This document shows, in pieces, positions 20,358 to 30,551 of a stretch of 64,000 bases of DNA. A program made the translations under genes and the position numbers. Each line of letters starts with the position of its first letter. Position 1 is the stretch's first letter. Below the pieces are notes generated by a model, which was not told the DNA's origin, did not search any database, and saw nothing but the letters and a program-made list of their open reading frames with translations. This stretch comes from an uncultured Spirochaetota bacterium (GTDB taxonomy: Bacteria > Spirochaetota > Brevinematia > Brevinematales > JAOACQ01): positions 1,600,001 through 1,664,000 of the forward strand of contig CAVYGN010000002.1 of NCBI GenBank assembly GCA_963768055.1. The letters run 5' to 3'.

Positions 20358-20828
20358 TTATTTGGCCGAGGCTTCTTTGACTTTAAGTTCCGACATTTTT
20401 TTCTTTTCGTCATCGAAAATAGCGTCGAAGTTTATAGCTGGCCCGGAGGTATAAGCGTCTTCTATGATCTTGTCGACGTCCTTTTTTTGCCCCGCAGTTA
20501 TGATTATATTGCCTTTAACAACAACACCGGGCTCCATGGAAAGCTGGGGCGTTATAATATTTCCCAGAACCCTTCCCGTAGAAAGAAGCCTGACTTCCTC
20601 AAGCGCTTCTATATCGCCAAGGACTATGCCGGCTATCGTGACTTTTTTAGCGCGAATGACCTCCGTTTTGACCTTGCCGGTCTCGCCGACGTACAGATGT
20701 TCCTCGGACCTTATCTCCCCCTCGAATTTTCCGTCAACCTGGAAAGACCCATGTACGAAAAATTTCCCCTGAAAAACTGAACCTTCCCCTATCATAGTAT
20801 TGAGAGGCCCTTCGATTTTTGGCGGCAT
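20358..20828 (-). CDS. bactofilin (polymer-forming cytoskeletal protein)
   Basis: TMIGEGSVFQG..VDGKFEG..VGETGKV beta-helix repeats; GGAGG RBS. Confidence 0.9.
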   Translation of the reverse strand: MPPKIEGPLNTMIGEGSVFQGKFFVHGSFQVDGKFEGEIRSEEHLYVGETGKVKTEVIRAKKVTIAGIVLGDIEALEEVRLLSTGRVLGNIITPQLSMEPGVVVKGNIIITAGQKKDVDKIIEDAYTSGPAINFDAIFDDEKKKMSELKVKEASAK

Positions 20829-20939
20829 AAAAACCTCCTTATCAATAATACGTCCGGACCGATGCCGGAACATAAGTAATAGAAACAATTATAACATAAA
20901 AAATAATTTCATGGTTAATTTATTGAACTATTTCCGGGT

Positions 20940-21785
20940 TTATCCCGAAACTTCGGGGAATATCCCGAATCCGGGAAAGTATTTTTCAGCCCTGTCAATG
21001 CCAATGCCGTAACTGCCGACATCGCCGTTCGTTTCGTCGCCATGAAAATCGCTTCCCGCGGTAAGAATCAGCTTTTCGGAAAAGGCTTCCTCGATTTTGC
21101 GGGATAGCCTGCCTGTGATTTTGGGATGAGAGAATTCGATCCCCGATAAACCGGCTGAAATCATTTTATGTATGTATTCCCAATTCCCCTGAGATCTCAA
21201 AAAAAAGGGATGAGCTATAACTGCAAGGCCGCTATTCTCCCTTATAGACCGGATGACGTCAAAGGTATTTATTTCCCTCCTGGGGATGTAGCAGAGACCG
21301 TCCCTCCCGAGATATTTCTCGAAGGCTTCGTTAGTATTGGCGGTATATCCAAGCCTTGCCATTTCCCTGGCGATATGCATCCTTCCTATCGGGGCGGGAC
21401 TTTTTTTTAACAAATCGTCTATGGGAATATCTATTCCGCATTTTTTCAGGCATTCCCCAATCCGGAATGCCCGCTTTACCCTCGATTTTCTAAATTCGGT
21501 CAATATGCCGCTCATTCCATTATAGGATGCTCCCGGAAAATATCCAAGCATATGAATTTCCCCCAGGCTTTCCAGATAAGTTGAGAATTCACAGCCGGCA
21601 ATAAAAAGCACCGGCAGTTTCCTCTCCCTGATAATTCGTATAGTATCTGCGATCCCGTCGAAAGAGTCATGATCGGTGAGGGAAAACCCGCCGAGTTTTT
21701 TTTCAATAACGAGGTCTATTATTTTCTCCGGGCCGAACAACCCGTCGGAACGGTTCGAATGAATATGCAGATCGACTGTTTTCAA
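20940..21785 (-). CDS. PHP-domain phosphoesterase
   Basis: DLHIHS..SDG, LTDHD, AHP, GSDFHG. Confidence 0.92.
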   Translation of the reverse strand: MKTVDLHIHSNRSDGLFGPEKIIDLVIEKKLGGFSLTDHDSFDGIADTIRIIRERKLPVLFIAGCEFSTYLESLGEIHMLGYFPGASYNGMSGILTEFRKSRVKRAFRIGECLKKCGIDIPIDDLLKKSPAPIGRMHIAREMARLGYTANTNEAFEKYLGRDGLCYIPRREINTFDVIRSIRENSGLAVIAHPFFLRSQGNWEYIHKMISAGLSGIEFSHPKITGRLSRKIEEAFSEKLILTAGSDFHGDETNGDVGSYGIGIDRAEKYFPGFGIFPEVSG

Positions 21786-21851
21786 GAAAGACTCCTTTTA
21801 CTTATTTTACGGATTTAATTAGAATTAATCAAGAAAGGAGAGGTGTGATAT

Positions 21852-21888
21852 AAAAAAACCGCCGTTCCCCTGACGAGGAGCGGCGGGG
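21852..21888 (-). terminator. intrinsic terminator downstream of the ankyrin gene
   Basis: Minus strand CCGCCGCTCCTC-GTCA-GGGGAACGGCGG followed by T7. Confidence 0.8.
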
Positions 21889-21942
21889 AAATGCTTTCCA
21901 GAAAGTATAAAAGGTCCAGGCTTATTTGATAATAATTGAACC

Positions 21943-22554
21943 TTACTTAGCACTCGAATCTTTTAAAAGCTTGATGATATCATCGTTTCTTGCCAATGTC
22001 AAAGCTGTTTTGCCGTCATGATTAACCAATCCTGTATCGGCTTTCGCGTCGAGAAGCACTTTAACCACCTCTGTTTTACTATTTTCGACCGCGTACATCA
22101 AAGCTGACCAGCCTGTATGGGACACTGCATTAACCTTTGCCTTTTCGGCTATTAATGTTTTTAATGTGTCCATCTGTCCGGTTTCGGCTGCCGCCATCAA
22201 ACAGGTCGTCAAATCGGGCGGGATTTGCGCGTTGATGTCGGCTTTTGCAGCAATCAATGCTTTTACTATATCCGTGTGCCCGTTCCAGGAAGCCGCAAAC
22301 AAAGGTGTCCAACCGTTGTTATTAGTGGCATTTACATCGGCCTTCAATGCGATCAATGCATTTACAGAATCTGTTTTACCTCTGAAGGCCGCTGCCGTTA
22401 GAGCTGTCCAGCCGCTATTATCCGCTGCGTTTAAATCGCCCTGATAACCTTTAATAAATGCGGCATCACCGTTTTTTGCCGCATCCAGCAGGGACTCTTC
22501 TGCAAACATGAAGGCCGGGATTGTCAAAAGGATACAAATCAACCAGTTTTTCAT
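21943..22554 (-). CDS. exported ankyrin-repeat protein
   Basis: Signal peptide; repeats GWTAL..AA..G...V..LI..KADVN. Confidence 0.92.
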   Translation of the reverse strand: MKNWLICILLTIPAFMFAEESLLDAAKNGDAAFIKGYQGDLNAADNSGWTALTAAAFRGKTDSVNALIALKADVNATNNNGWTPLFAASWNGHTDIVKALIAAKADINAQIPPDLTTCLMAAAETGQMDTLKTLIAEKAKVNAVSHTGWSALMYAVENSKTEVVKVLLDAKADTGLVNHDGKTALTLARNDDIIKLLKDSSAK

Positions 22555-22577
22555 ATCGATTTTCCTCCTAAAAAATA

Positions 22578-23357
22578 TTATTCTATCTCCTGGACCATAA
22601 TCCTGCATCTTCCGTACAACGCTTTCTGGGCCTCTTCGAGCTGTTCGGTGAACACCCCACCGGGAGCATAACCCACGGGAATAACCGCCTTAGCGCCGGT
22701 CCATTCCGCCAGTGTAACAAGTCCGGAAATATCGGCCGGCTTAAGGTAAATGCTGGCGATCAGAATGTCGCAATGAATGTTCTTCATTTCGGGTATCAAT
22801 TGGGAAGCTCCGGTATAATAGATCCTGACGCCGTCGATAGTGATGATATACCCAAGCCAGTTATAGGCTTTCATACGGTCGACAACGGCGATATGCTGTA
22901 AAATTATATCGTAAGCGGGGACCGTTTCAATAAAAAGACCGCCGATTCTCCCGGATTCGCCGGGTAAAAAGCCGTAGGCTTTATAACCGGGATGGACATT
23001 AGTAAGATAAAGCGCTTCCTGGCTGGGCATAACGATAAGCGTCGATCCGTTTGTAAGGATGTCGATCTGGGACTTTACATCAAGCGTTCCTAAATGGCTT
23101 ATGTCATGGCTTATGAATATTATTCCGGCAGTATAAAAATCGTCTTTGCCCAGCCTCTTTACATACTCTCTGGGGCTCGGGTCGAAATAAGCCTTAAGAC
23201 CGCCAAGATCCATACTGAAGGTATAAAGGCCATGCCACTTAAACCCGCTGATAATAGAAGATATCTTCTTATCATCGGGCGCTCCTGAACAGCCGCAAAA
23301 AAAAGATAACAATATGAGCGCGGCGGCGGCTTTGGGAAAGTTGAGAAGTGTTTTCAT
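22578..23357 (-). CDS. metallo-beta-lactamase-fold protein, probable lipoprotein
   Basis: Lipobox-like FFCGC; degenerate ISHDISH, VPAY, GYIITIDGVRIYYTG. Confidence 0.65.
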   Translation of the reverse strand: MKTLLNFPKAAAALILLSFFCGCSGAPDDKKISSIISGFKWHGLYTFSMDLGGLKAYFDPSPREYVKRLGKDDFYTAGIIFISHDISHLGTLDVKSQIDILTNGSTLIVMPSQEALYLTNVHPGYKAYGFLPGESGRIGGLFIETVPAYDIILQHIAVVDRMKAYNWLGYIITIDGVRIYYTGASQLIPEMKNIHCDILIASIYLKPADISGLVTLAEWTGAKAVIPVGYAPGGVFTEQLEEAQKALYGRCRIMVQEIE

Positions 23358-23653
23358 AGTAACCTCCTTTTATAAAGTCAATATAAATTTCTTTTTTTAT
23401 CGAACTGTAAATTATTTTTACTTGTCTCCTCACATTCTAACATTAAACAATCCTTTATTTGTAAACATTTTTTTAGGAAATCATTTACATTTTCCTTTTT
23501 TTTATCAAAGATTTCCGGTAATGCTGAAAAATTAACTTTTGACGGATGGTAAAAGCGCAGGGTCAAAAGCGCCGGATCAAAAGTTGAAAGTTCCCATCCG
23601 GTGTTATAAAATAATTGTTTGGCGGCTGAATGCTATGCAATGAGGAGAGGTCG

Positions 23654-26104
23654 ATGGAAGGGTCGTACGATTTTTTAAAGATAGAAAAAAAATGGCGGGA
23701 TTACTGGGATAAGCACAAAACATTTAAAGTCAAAGAAGACCCCGGATTTACCGATGAAAAGCGCATTTACGTTCTCGATATGTTCCCTTATCCGTCCGGG
23801 TCGGGCCTCCATGTCGGTCACCCTGAAGGCTACACGGCTACCGATATCTATACGCGATATAAAAAACTGCAGGGTTTCAATGTGCTTCATCCGATGGGTT
23901 TCGATTCTTTCGGACTGCCGGCTGAAAATTACGCCATCCAGACCGGGACGCACCCCTCTGAAACCACTTATTCCAACATTGACCGTTTCAGGGAACAGAT
24001 AAAATCGCTCGGGTTTTGTTACGATTGGGATCGCGAAGTCAGGACCAGCGACCCGGAATATTACAGGTGGACGCAATGGATATTCATCCAGCTGTTTAAA
24101 AAAGGACTTGCTTACGAAGCTGAAATGCCCATAAACTGGTGCCCGAATTGCGGTACCGGCCTTGCAAATGAAGAAGTAAAAGACGGGCGTTGCGACAGGT
24201 GCGGAACCCTGATCGAAAGGAGAAGGATCAGGCAATGGGTACTCAAAATAACGGCGTATGCCGAAAGGCTCCTGGACGACCTCGACATTCTCGATTGGCC
24301 TGAACCGATAAAACTGCAGCAGGAGAACTGGATCGGGAAAAGCGAGGGCGCCGAAGTAGATTTTGCCATATACGGGGGCGAAGGTAAGACCGAAGGTAAG
24401 ACCGAAGGTCTTATCCGGATTTTCACCACCAGGCCTGATACTCTTTTCGGAGCGACATACATGGTCCTGGCACCCGAGCATCCGCTCGTGGAGAAAATAA
24501 CCCTTCCGGACATGGCCGACGAAGTAGAAAAATATATTGAAAAAACAGTTTCTAAATCCGAACTTCAGCGTACTGAATTAAACAGGGAAAAGACCGGGGT
24601 ATTTACCGGGGCATACGCAATCAACCCCGTCAATAATGCAAGAATACCGATATGGATTGCGGATTATGTCCTGTGGGGATACGGTACCGGGGCTATCATG
24701 GCTGTACCCGCCCATGACGAACGCGATTTCGAGTTTGCGAAAAAAAACAGCCTTCCCGTTATCCAGGTCGTCAGCCGGGACGGTAGCCTTTACGAAATCG
24801 AGGAAGCGGAAACTCTCGATGGAATAGCGGTAAATTCCGGAGAATGGAGCGGCCTGAAAACGGCAGAATTCAAGAAAGCTATAACGGCATGGCTTGAAAA
24901 GAAAAAGCTGGGCCAGCTTAAAATAAACTATAAACTGAGGGACTGGATCTTTTCGCGCCAGCGGTACTGGGGCGAGCCTATACCCGTAGTGCATTGCGAA
25001 AAGTGCGGAATCGTTCCCCTCGATGAAAAGGACCTGCCGCTGATACTTCCCGATGTAAAATCATACAAACCCACAGGCACGGGGGAGTCTCCGCTCGCTT
25101 CGATCGAGGAATGGGTAAATACAAAATGCCCTAAATGCGGCGGCAAAGCACGGCGGGAAACTAACACCATGCCTCAATGGGCGGGAAGCTGCTGGTATTA
25201 TATAAGATTTACTGACCCTCATAATGGTAAAGAATTTGCGGGAAGCGATAAAATAAAATACTGGCTTCCGGTCGACCTTTATGTGGGCGGAGCGGAGCAT
25301 GCGGTGCTTCATCTGCTTTACGCGAGGTTCTGGCATAAATTTCTTTACGATATAGGGGCGGTTAATTCAGCCGAACCTTTCTCGGCACTGAGAAACCAGG
25401 GAATGATACTGGGCGAGAATAACGAGAAAATGTCAAAGTCCCGGGGCAATGTTGTTAATCCTGACGACGTGGTGGCCGAATACGGGGCCGATACGCTCAG
25501 GATTTACGAGATGTTTTTAGGGCCCCTTGCAGCCGACAAGCCCTGGAACACCCAGAGCATAATCGGCATCAAGCGGTTCCTGGATAAGGTGTGGAGGCTT
25601 TTCGACAGATGCTCTGCCGACGAGGCGGCCATACCTGAAGAACTCTTGAGGCTGAGGCATAAAACCGTAAAGACAGTGACTGAAAAAATTGAAACCCTTG
25701 AATTCAATACGGCGATAAGCCAGCTGATGATTTTTACCAATGCGCTTCAAAAGGAAGAATCCCTGAGCAGGGATATACTGCGCGATATTGCCGTTATCCT
25801 TCATCCCTTCGCGCCTTTCATAACTGAGGAACTCTGGGAAATCCTCGGTGAAAAACCCTCGATAATTTCGGCCGGCTGGCCTGAATACGATCCTTCAATG
25901 ATTGCCGAAGATACGATAAATATTCCGATCCAGGAGAACGGGAAACTCCGCGATACCATCATCATGCCTAAAGATGTAAGCAAAGAAAAAATGGAAGAAT
26001 TGGCCAGGCAAAGCAGGAAGGTCATTGCGGCCCTTGAGGGTAAGGAAATAATAAAAATAATTACCATACCTGGCAAGGTAGTAAATATCGTCACAAGGGT
26101 GTGA
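23654..26104 (+). CDS. leuS: leucine--tRNA ligase
   Basis: [27 protein letters not shown] editing motif, KMSKS; start refined to ATG 23654. Confidence 0.98.
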   Translation: MEGSYDFLKIEKKWRDYWDKHKTFKVKEDPGFTDEKRIYVLDMFPYPSGSGLHVGHPEGYTATDIYTRYKKLQGFNVLHPMGFDSFGLPAENYAIQTGTHPSETTYSNIDRFREQIKSLGFCYDWDREVRTSDPEYYRWTQWIFIQLFKKGLAYEAEMPINWCPNCGTGLANEEVKDGRCDRCGTLIERRRIRQWVLKITAYAERLLDDLDILDWPEPIKLQQENWIGKSEGAEVDFAIYGGEGKTEGKTEGLIRIFTTRPDTLFGATYMVLAPEHPLVEKITLPDMADEVEKYIEKTVSKSELQRTELNREKTGVFTGAYAINPVNNARIPIWIADYVLWGYGTGAIMAVPAHDERDFEFAKKNSLPVIQVVSRDGSLYEIEEAETLDGIAVNSGEWSGLKTAEFKKAITAWLEKKKLGQLKINYKLRDWIFSRQRYWGEPIPVVHCEKCGIVPLDEKDLPLILPDVKSYKPTGTGESPLASIEEWVNTKCPKCGGKARRETNTMPQWAGSCWYYIRFTDPHNGKEFAGSDKIKYWLPVDLYVGGAEHAVLHLLYARFWHKFLYDIGAVNSAEPFSALRNQGMILGENNEKMSKSRGNVVNPDDVVAEYGADTLRIYEMFLGPLAADKPWNTQSIIGIKRFLDKVWRLFDRCSADEAAIPEELLRLRHKTVKTVTEKIETLEFNTAISQLMIFTNALQKEESLSRDILRDIAVILHPFAPFITEELWEILGEKPSIISAGWPEYDPSMIAEDTINIPIQENGKLRDTIIMPKDVSKEKMEELARQSRKVIAALEGKEIIKIITIPGKVVNIVTRV
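24379..24409 (+). repeat. 12-bp tandem repeat inside leuS
   Basis: CGAAGGTAAGAC x2.6, encoding [10 protein letters not shown]. Confidence 0.85.
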
Positions 26105-26219
26105 ATTACCGGCTTTTAACCCCTGCTTTTGAAAAATTTGACAACCGGCGGTCCGAAATGTTATGATGTTGAATAAATGAAAATTTTGTTTTGAATAAAA
26201 AATTATCGGGAGAGTCGCT

Positions 26220-27143
26220 ATGAAAGATAATGACAATTCCGTCCAGCTTTCCACCCTTCTGAAAGGCAGCACGCCGCAGTATGTAATGTCCGAAGTCAAA
26301 AGGATATTCCAGTTCTCTTATCCCGCCAGTCTTTTTTCCAGAGTGCTCGGCAATTTCAAAAACGTTGTCAGCCTTTTCGATGGGAAATTCCAGGGGTACC
26401 AGGGGTGCAATACAGAGTACCACAACCTGGGTCATTCGCTTGACGCTTTGCTGGCGTCAATGAGGCTTATAGACGGCTACAACCTTTCCGAAGGTAAGTT
26501 GAATGAAAAACTGGCCGTCGATCTTCTGCTGGCAGCACTTTTTCATGATACCGGATATATACAGGAGGATTGGGACAAAAACGGCACAGGGGCGAAATAT
26601 ACGAAGAGCCATGTCGATAGAAGCATAGAATTCATCAGGAATAACAGCGGCAAGCTAATGATGGATAAGGATGAAGTGGATGTTATAGCCCATATCATTT
26701 CATGTACGGGCCTCCAGATGCGCTGGGTCGACATATCTTTCAGCAGCAAGCAGGAGGAAATAGCTGGCGCAATCCTTGGCGCTTCCGACCTTCTGGGACA
26801 GATGGCCGATAGGCTTTACCTTGAAAAGCTGCTCTTCCTTTATAATGAATTCAAGGAAGCCGGTATTCAGGGATATGAAACCGAATTCGATATCATAAGG
26901 AAAACCGCTGCCTTTTACGCAGTCACGGCGGAAAGGCTGAAAAAAGACCTCCTGAGCGTGCATGAGCTCGCAAGGGTCCACTTCAGGGAAAGGATCGGCA
27001 TCGACAGGAACCTTTACATCGAAGCGATCGAGAAGCACATGGATTACCTGAAAAAGATAATAGACGACGGTTCTTCGAATTTCAGGTCAAAGCTGAAGAG
27101 GAGAAGCTCTTATACTTCAGCCGTTGAGGCGCCGGTACATTAA
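26220..27143 (+). CDS. HD-domain metal-dependent phosphohydrolase
   Basis: YHNLGH, ALFHDTGY, ASDLLGQ. Confidence 0.85.
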   Translation: MKDNDNSVQLSTLLKGSTPQYVMSEVKRIFQFSYPASLFSRVLGNFKNVVSLFDGKFQGYQGCNTEYHNLGHSLDALLASMRLIDGYNLSEGKLNEKLAVDLLLAALFHDTGYIQEDWDKNGTGAKYTKSHVDRSIEFIRNNSGKLMMDKDEVDVIAHIISCTGLQMRWVDISFSSKQEEIAGAILGASDLLGQMADRLYLEKLLFLYNEFKEAGIQGYETEFDIIRKTAAFYAVTAERLKKDLLSVHELARVHFRERIGIDRNLYIEAIEKHMDYLKKIIDDGSSNFRSKLKRRSSYTSAVEAPVH

Positions 27144-27315
27144 GGGGCCTGGCTGCAGGGTTGCAAAGGTAAAAGTTATAAATACCCCCGTTTCTGTTGC
27201 TTTTTACACACTATTTCTGTAAAATATAACGGCATAATCTGTTAACAAATCATTCCACTCTAAAAATGTCCAAAAAGACTTTATCAGGGTTTAATGACTT
27301 TTTCGGAGGAAACAT

Positions 27316-28131
27316 ATCTGGCTCTTACTTGTTCCTTTAGGTGTCCTGGTCGGGGCGATCGGCACGATCATAGGCGCCGGCGGGGGTTTTATATTGGTCC
27401 CCGTTCTGATCCTGCTTTACCCTGACAAAAGCCCTGAAAGCATTACAAGCATATCCCTTACAGTGGTGTTTTTTAACGCTTTATCAGGCTCCTTCGCTTA
27501 CGCGAGGGATAAACGGATAGACTATAAATCAGGACTTATGTTCTCAGCGGCAGCGGTACCCGGTTCAATATTGGGTGCATTGAGCTCAAGTTTTATTCCA
27601 ATCAGGGTCTTCGACGGTACTTTGGGTGTATTGATGATAGCAGTATCTTTATTTTTAATAATAAAACCTGAAAACGGCAAGAATGTCCTGCACAGGCATA
27701 TTTCAGGGCATTTTTTCCGTGAAATAACCGACGCCCGGGGAAATAACTACAAGTTTTCATACAATCCCATGAGGGGGATTATCATAAGCGTATTTACAGG
27801 GTATTTTTCAAGCCTTCTAGGGATCGGAGGGGGAATAATACATGTACCGGCCATGGTAAATCTGCTTAATTTTCCCGTACATATCGCAACTGCAACATCG
27901 CATTTCATACTGGGAATTATGTCCTTTTCGGGCTCCCTTGTTCACCTGATAGTGGGAAATCTGAAGGGGAGCGCCCTGTTAATCATCGCTTTATCGGCAG
28001 GGGTCGTTATAGGCGCCCAGGCCGGAGCCGCGTTATCAGGGCGCTTTCACGGGTCCTGGATAATAAGGGTGCTGGCTATTGCGCTTGCCCTCGTAGGAAT
28101 CAGGATCTTTATTATGGCTTTCTGGAGGTAA
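27316..28131 (+). CDS. TauE/SafE (TSUP) family transporter
   Basis: IGAGGGFILVP and LGIGGGIIHVP repeats; homology runs upstream of the TTG at 27394 to an ATC at 27316, so the start is uncertain. Confidence 0.85.
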   Translation: MWLLLVPLGVLVGAIGTIIGAGGGFILVPVLILLYPDKSPESITSISLTVVFFNALSGSFAYARDKRIDYKSGLMFSAAAVPGSILGALSSSFIPIRVFDGTLGVLMIAVSLFLIIKPENGKNVLHRHISGHFFREITDARGNNYKFSYNPMRGIIISVFTGYFSSLLGIGGGIIHVPAMVNLLNFPVHIATATSHFILGIMSFSGSLVHLIVGNLKGSALLIIALSAGVVIGAQAGAALSGRFHGSWIIRVLAIALALVGIRIFIMAFWR

Positions 28132-28136
28132 CATTT

Positions 28137-29048
28137 ATGTACAAAGTCTATCTTTACGGCATGGTAACGCCAAGTACCGTTTACAGGCTGCGCGAGGATT
28201 TTACATTTCCAAGGCAGAACACATACGCCGAAATAAAAACTTCGTACCCGTCCATAGGCGGAGAAGCGGCGAATTCGGCAATAATGCTTTCCAAGCTGGG
28301 TGTCAGGACCAGGCTTGACGGAAACTATCTGAGTAAAAAACATGCGCCTTTAGTCAGGAATATGTTCAGGCGTTTAGGAGTCGATGTTTCGCGCCTCAAG
28401 GCAAAAGAAAACTCGGGGACTGAGGAGTTCGTGATCACCGACCGGGATTCAAGGACGGTTTTCGGCAACTACGCCTCTTTCCATGAAGGGGAAAAACAAT
28501 GGAACGATCCCAGGGAAGAAGATATACGGCGCGCCGATTACGTTTCTATCGATCCTTATTTCCGGCGTGAATCGGTCGAAGCCGCAAGGTTATCGATTAA
28601 ATCAGGCAGGCCTTATGTTTCAAACGACTGCATTTACGACGATTATATAACAAAAAATGCAGCTGCCATGATCGTCGGGCATGAACTTATGGACCGAGAC
28701 TATAAGGGTTTAGACCTGGAAACTGTTTTCGTAAAATACCTCGAAAATTGCAGAGGACTCTCCATATTTACCTTCGGGAGCGACGAGTTATGGTTCGCGC
28801 GGCCCGGCGATAAGATAAATAAATTCAAGCCCTTCAAGATAAAACCGGTCGATACGGCAGGCGCCGGAGACACCTTCAGGGCAGGGATAATTTACGGTCT
28901 GTTAAAATCATGGGAAGACGCCAGGACCATAGAATTCGCCTCGGCTGTGGCGGCCTGTGTCTGCCTTTCGATACCCCATTCCCTTAACGCGCCAGGACTA
29001 AACGGAGTCCTTGAATTTTTATCGCAGCAAGGTTCTAATTACTCTTAA
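28137..29048 (+). CDS. PfkB-family carbohydrate kinase
   Basis: GGEAANSA and VDTAGAGDTFRAG signatures. Confidence 0.9.
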   Translation: MYKVYLYGMVTPSTVYRLREDFTFPRQNTYAEIKTSYPSIGGEAANSAIMLSKLGVRTRLDGNYLSKKHAPLVRNMFRRLGVDVSRLKAKENSGTEEFVITDRDSRTVFGNYASFHEGEKQWNDPREEDIRRADYVSIDPYFRRESVEAARLSIKSGRPYVSNDCIYDDYITKNAAAMIVGHELMDRDYKGLDLETVFVKYLENCRGLSIFTFGSDELWFARPGDKINKFKPFKIKPVDTAGAGDTFRAGIIYGLLKSWEDARTIEFASAVAACVCLSIPHSLNAPGLNGVLEFLSQQGSNYS

Positions 29049-30183
29049 AATCCCCTATAAGGGTTCTGATGAAAGGTACCCTCAGGCTTATGGCGCTTTC
29101 GGGGCAGATTTCCTGGCAGCAGTAGCATCGGATGCACCTTTGATACTTGTATGATGGCGGCCTGTCTTTTTTAGCGTCATGCCAGTCGACGGCTTTAGGG
29201 CTGACGGGGCAGATCTTAACGCAGGTTCCGCACCTTGTGCACTTGTCCGGGATTATATAAGGCCTCGGGACAAGAAGGTTTTTCGCGAATTTTACCATGC
29301 CCCCGGAAAAAACAAATGGCCTGACAGGGTTTCTATTAATATCGAAAGACTTGTCCGTAAATTCCGATAACGCGTCTCCGGCAAATTCTATGTCAGTACA
29401 GGAGCCCAGGCCCGCCTCCATTCCGGCTTTAACCGTCGGAACTATAGAAGGCTCGAGGCCTATCATCATGCAGACCGAAGCATCCAGGGCGACCGGATCG
29501 GATGAAAAAATCAGTACATTCATCTTTTTTAGATTACCGCCCCTTGGGCCGTTTCCCTCCATCGCCATTATGCCGTCCATGATAAAGAGCCTGGGTTTCT
29601 TGAACATATTAAGATCAACCAGCATTCTGGCGAAAGCTTCGGGCTCGGGTGTTTTGACGTGATACTCGGTCTTGCGTAATCCGGGAATATAGCCGAACTG
29701 GTTTTTAATGCATCCGGTCATTTTCTGAAAGCCGTGGGTCTTTAGTTTTGGAAGGCTTATTACAGCGTCGCAGTCAAGAACCCCTTCAGCTATATGAAGT
29801 TTTTTATTCTGCACCGCTTTATCAAAAACAACGTCCCTGCCGTTCTTGAAATCGGCCAGGGGAATGTCCAATCCGGCGGCCTCAGCGGCTATTCCTGAGA
29901 TTCTGGCGACTGCTTCAGGAGTCTGAAAAGCAGGAGAATCTCCGTAAGACAATTCCGCACCCGCTTCTATAAAAAATTCGGCAACTGCCTTGAAAACAGC
30001 GGGGTGGGTTGTCACACACTTTTCAGGGGGCTCCGGCGCTAAAAAGTTCGGTTTAAGAAGGACCTTCTCCCCCTTTTTTATAAAGTTCGAGGAACCGCCC
30101 AGGAGTTCCATCCCGCGCCGGACAGCCGCGTTAACTTCATCATATTTGTAACTCTCACAACGGACAAGAACGACTTTCGGCAT
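29035..30183 (-). CDS. DUF362-domain protein with 2x[4Fe-4S] ferredoxin
   Basis: VLLKPN, TTHP, LPKLKTH, MEGNGP, CTRCGTC..CP, CIRCYCCQEICP; start refined to ATG 30183 (the longer ORF overlaps the tRNA). Confidence 0.88.
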   Translation of the reverse strand: MPKVVLVRCESYKYDEVNAAVRRGMELLGGSSNFIKKGEKVLLKPNFLAPEPPEKCVTTHPAVFKAVAEFFIEAGAELSYGDSPAFQTPEAVARISGIAAEAAGLDIPLADFKNGRDVVFDKAVQNKKLHIAEGVLDCDAVISLPKLKTHGFQKMTGCIKNQFGYIPGLRKTEYHVKTPEPEAFARMLVDLNMFKKPRLFIMDGIMAMEGNGPRGGNLKKMNVLIFSSDPVALDASVCMMIGLEPSIVPTVKAGMEAGLGSCTDIEFAGDALSEFTDKSFDINRNPVRPFVFSGGMVKFAKNLLVPRPYIIPDKCTRCGTCVKICPVSPKAVDWHDAKKDRPPSYKYQRCIRCYCCQEICPESAISLRVPFIRTLIGDFKSN

Positions 30184-30317
30184 ATTCGGCTCCTTAGTTT
30201 TTATGATAAAGGGAGGTGATGAAATTTTCCAGTTTCCCTTCGAAATGACAATCCTTGTACAATATTTGATAGTTCGGGGGGCATGGATTATAATACTGGA
30301 ACGCATATTTTGTGTGT

Positions 30318-30405
30318 GGAGAGATGCCTGAGCGGTCGAAAGGGGCACCCTGCTAAGGTGTTGTACCCCATAAGGGTACCGCGGGTTCGAATCCCGCTCT
30401 CTCCG
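30318..30405 (+). tRNA. tRNA-Ser (anticodon GCT)
   Basis: Acceptor stem GGAGAGA/TCTCTCC plus discriminator G; anticodon arm GCACC-CTGCTAA-GGTGT; long variable arm; GGTTCGAATCC; CCA not encoded. Confidence 0.96.
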
Positions 30406-30551
30406 ATAGTTACCCTATCTCATTGCTGTAACTTCATACGGTGCAATGCATTTCGAGTTACCCATTCGACTCCCTCGACTGATACCATTTTGCCACCATT
30501 TTGATACGACCCGCTTCTGGAATAGCTGATTTTATTGGTTTGGAGGGCTAT

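Noticed and set aside
9697..27038. Long antisense or nested ORFs (e.g. 9697-10371, 19634-20275, 23675-24481)
   Set aside because: Shadow frames of well-supported genes on the opposite strand
30184..30348. N-terminal extension of the DUF362 ORF
   Set aside because: Overlaps tRNA-Ser on the opposite strand; GGAG RBS precedes ATG 30183
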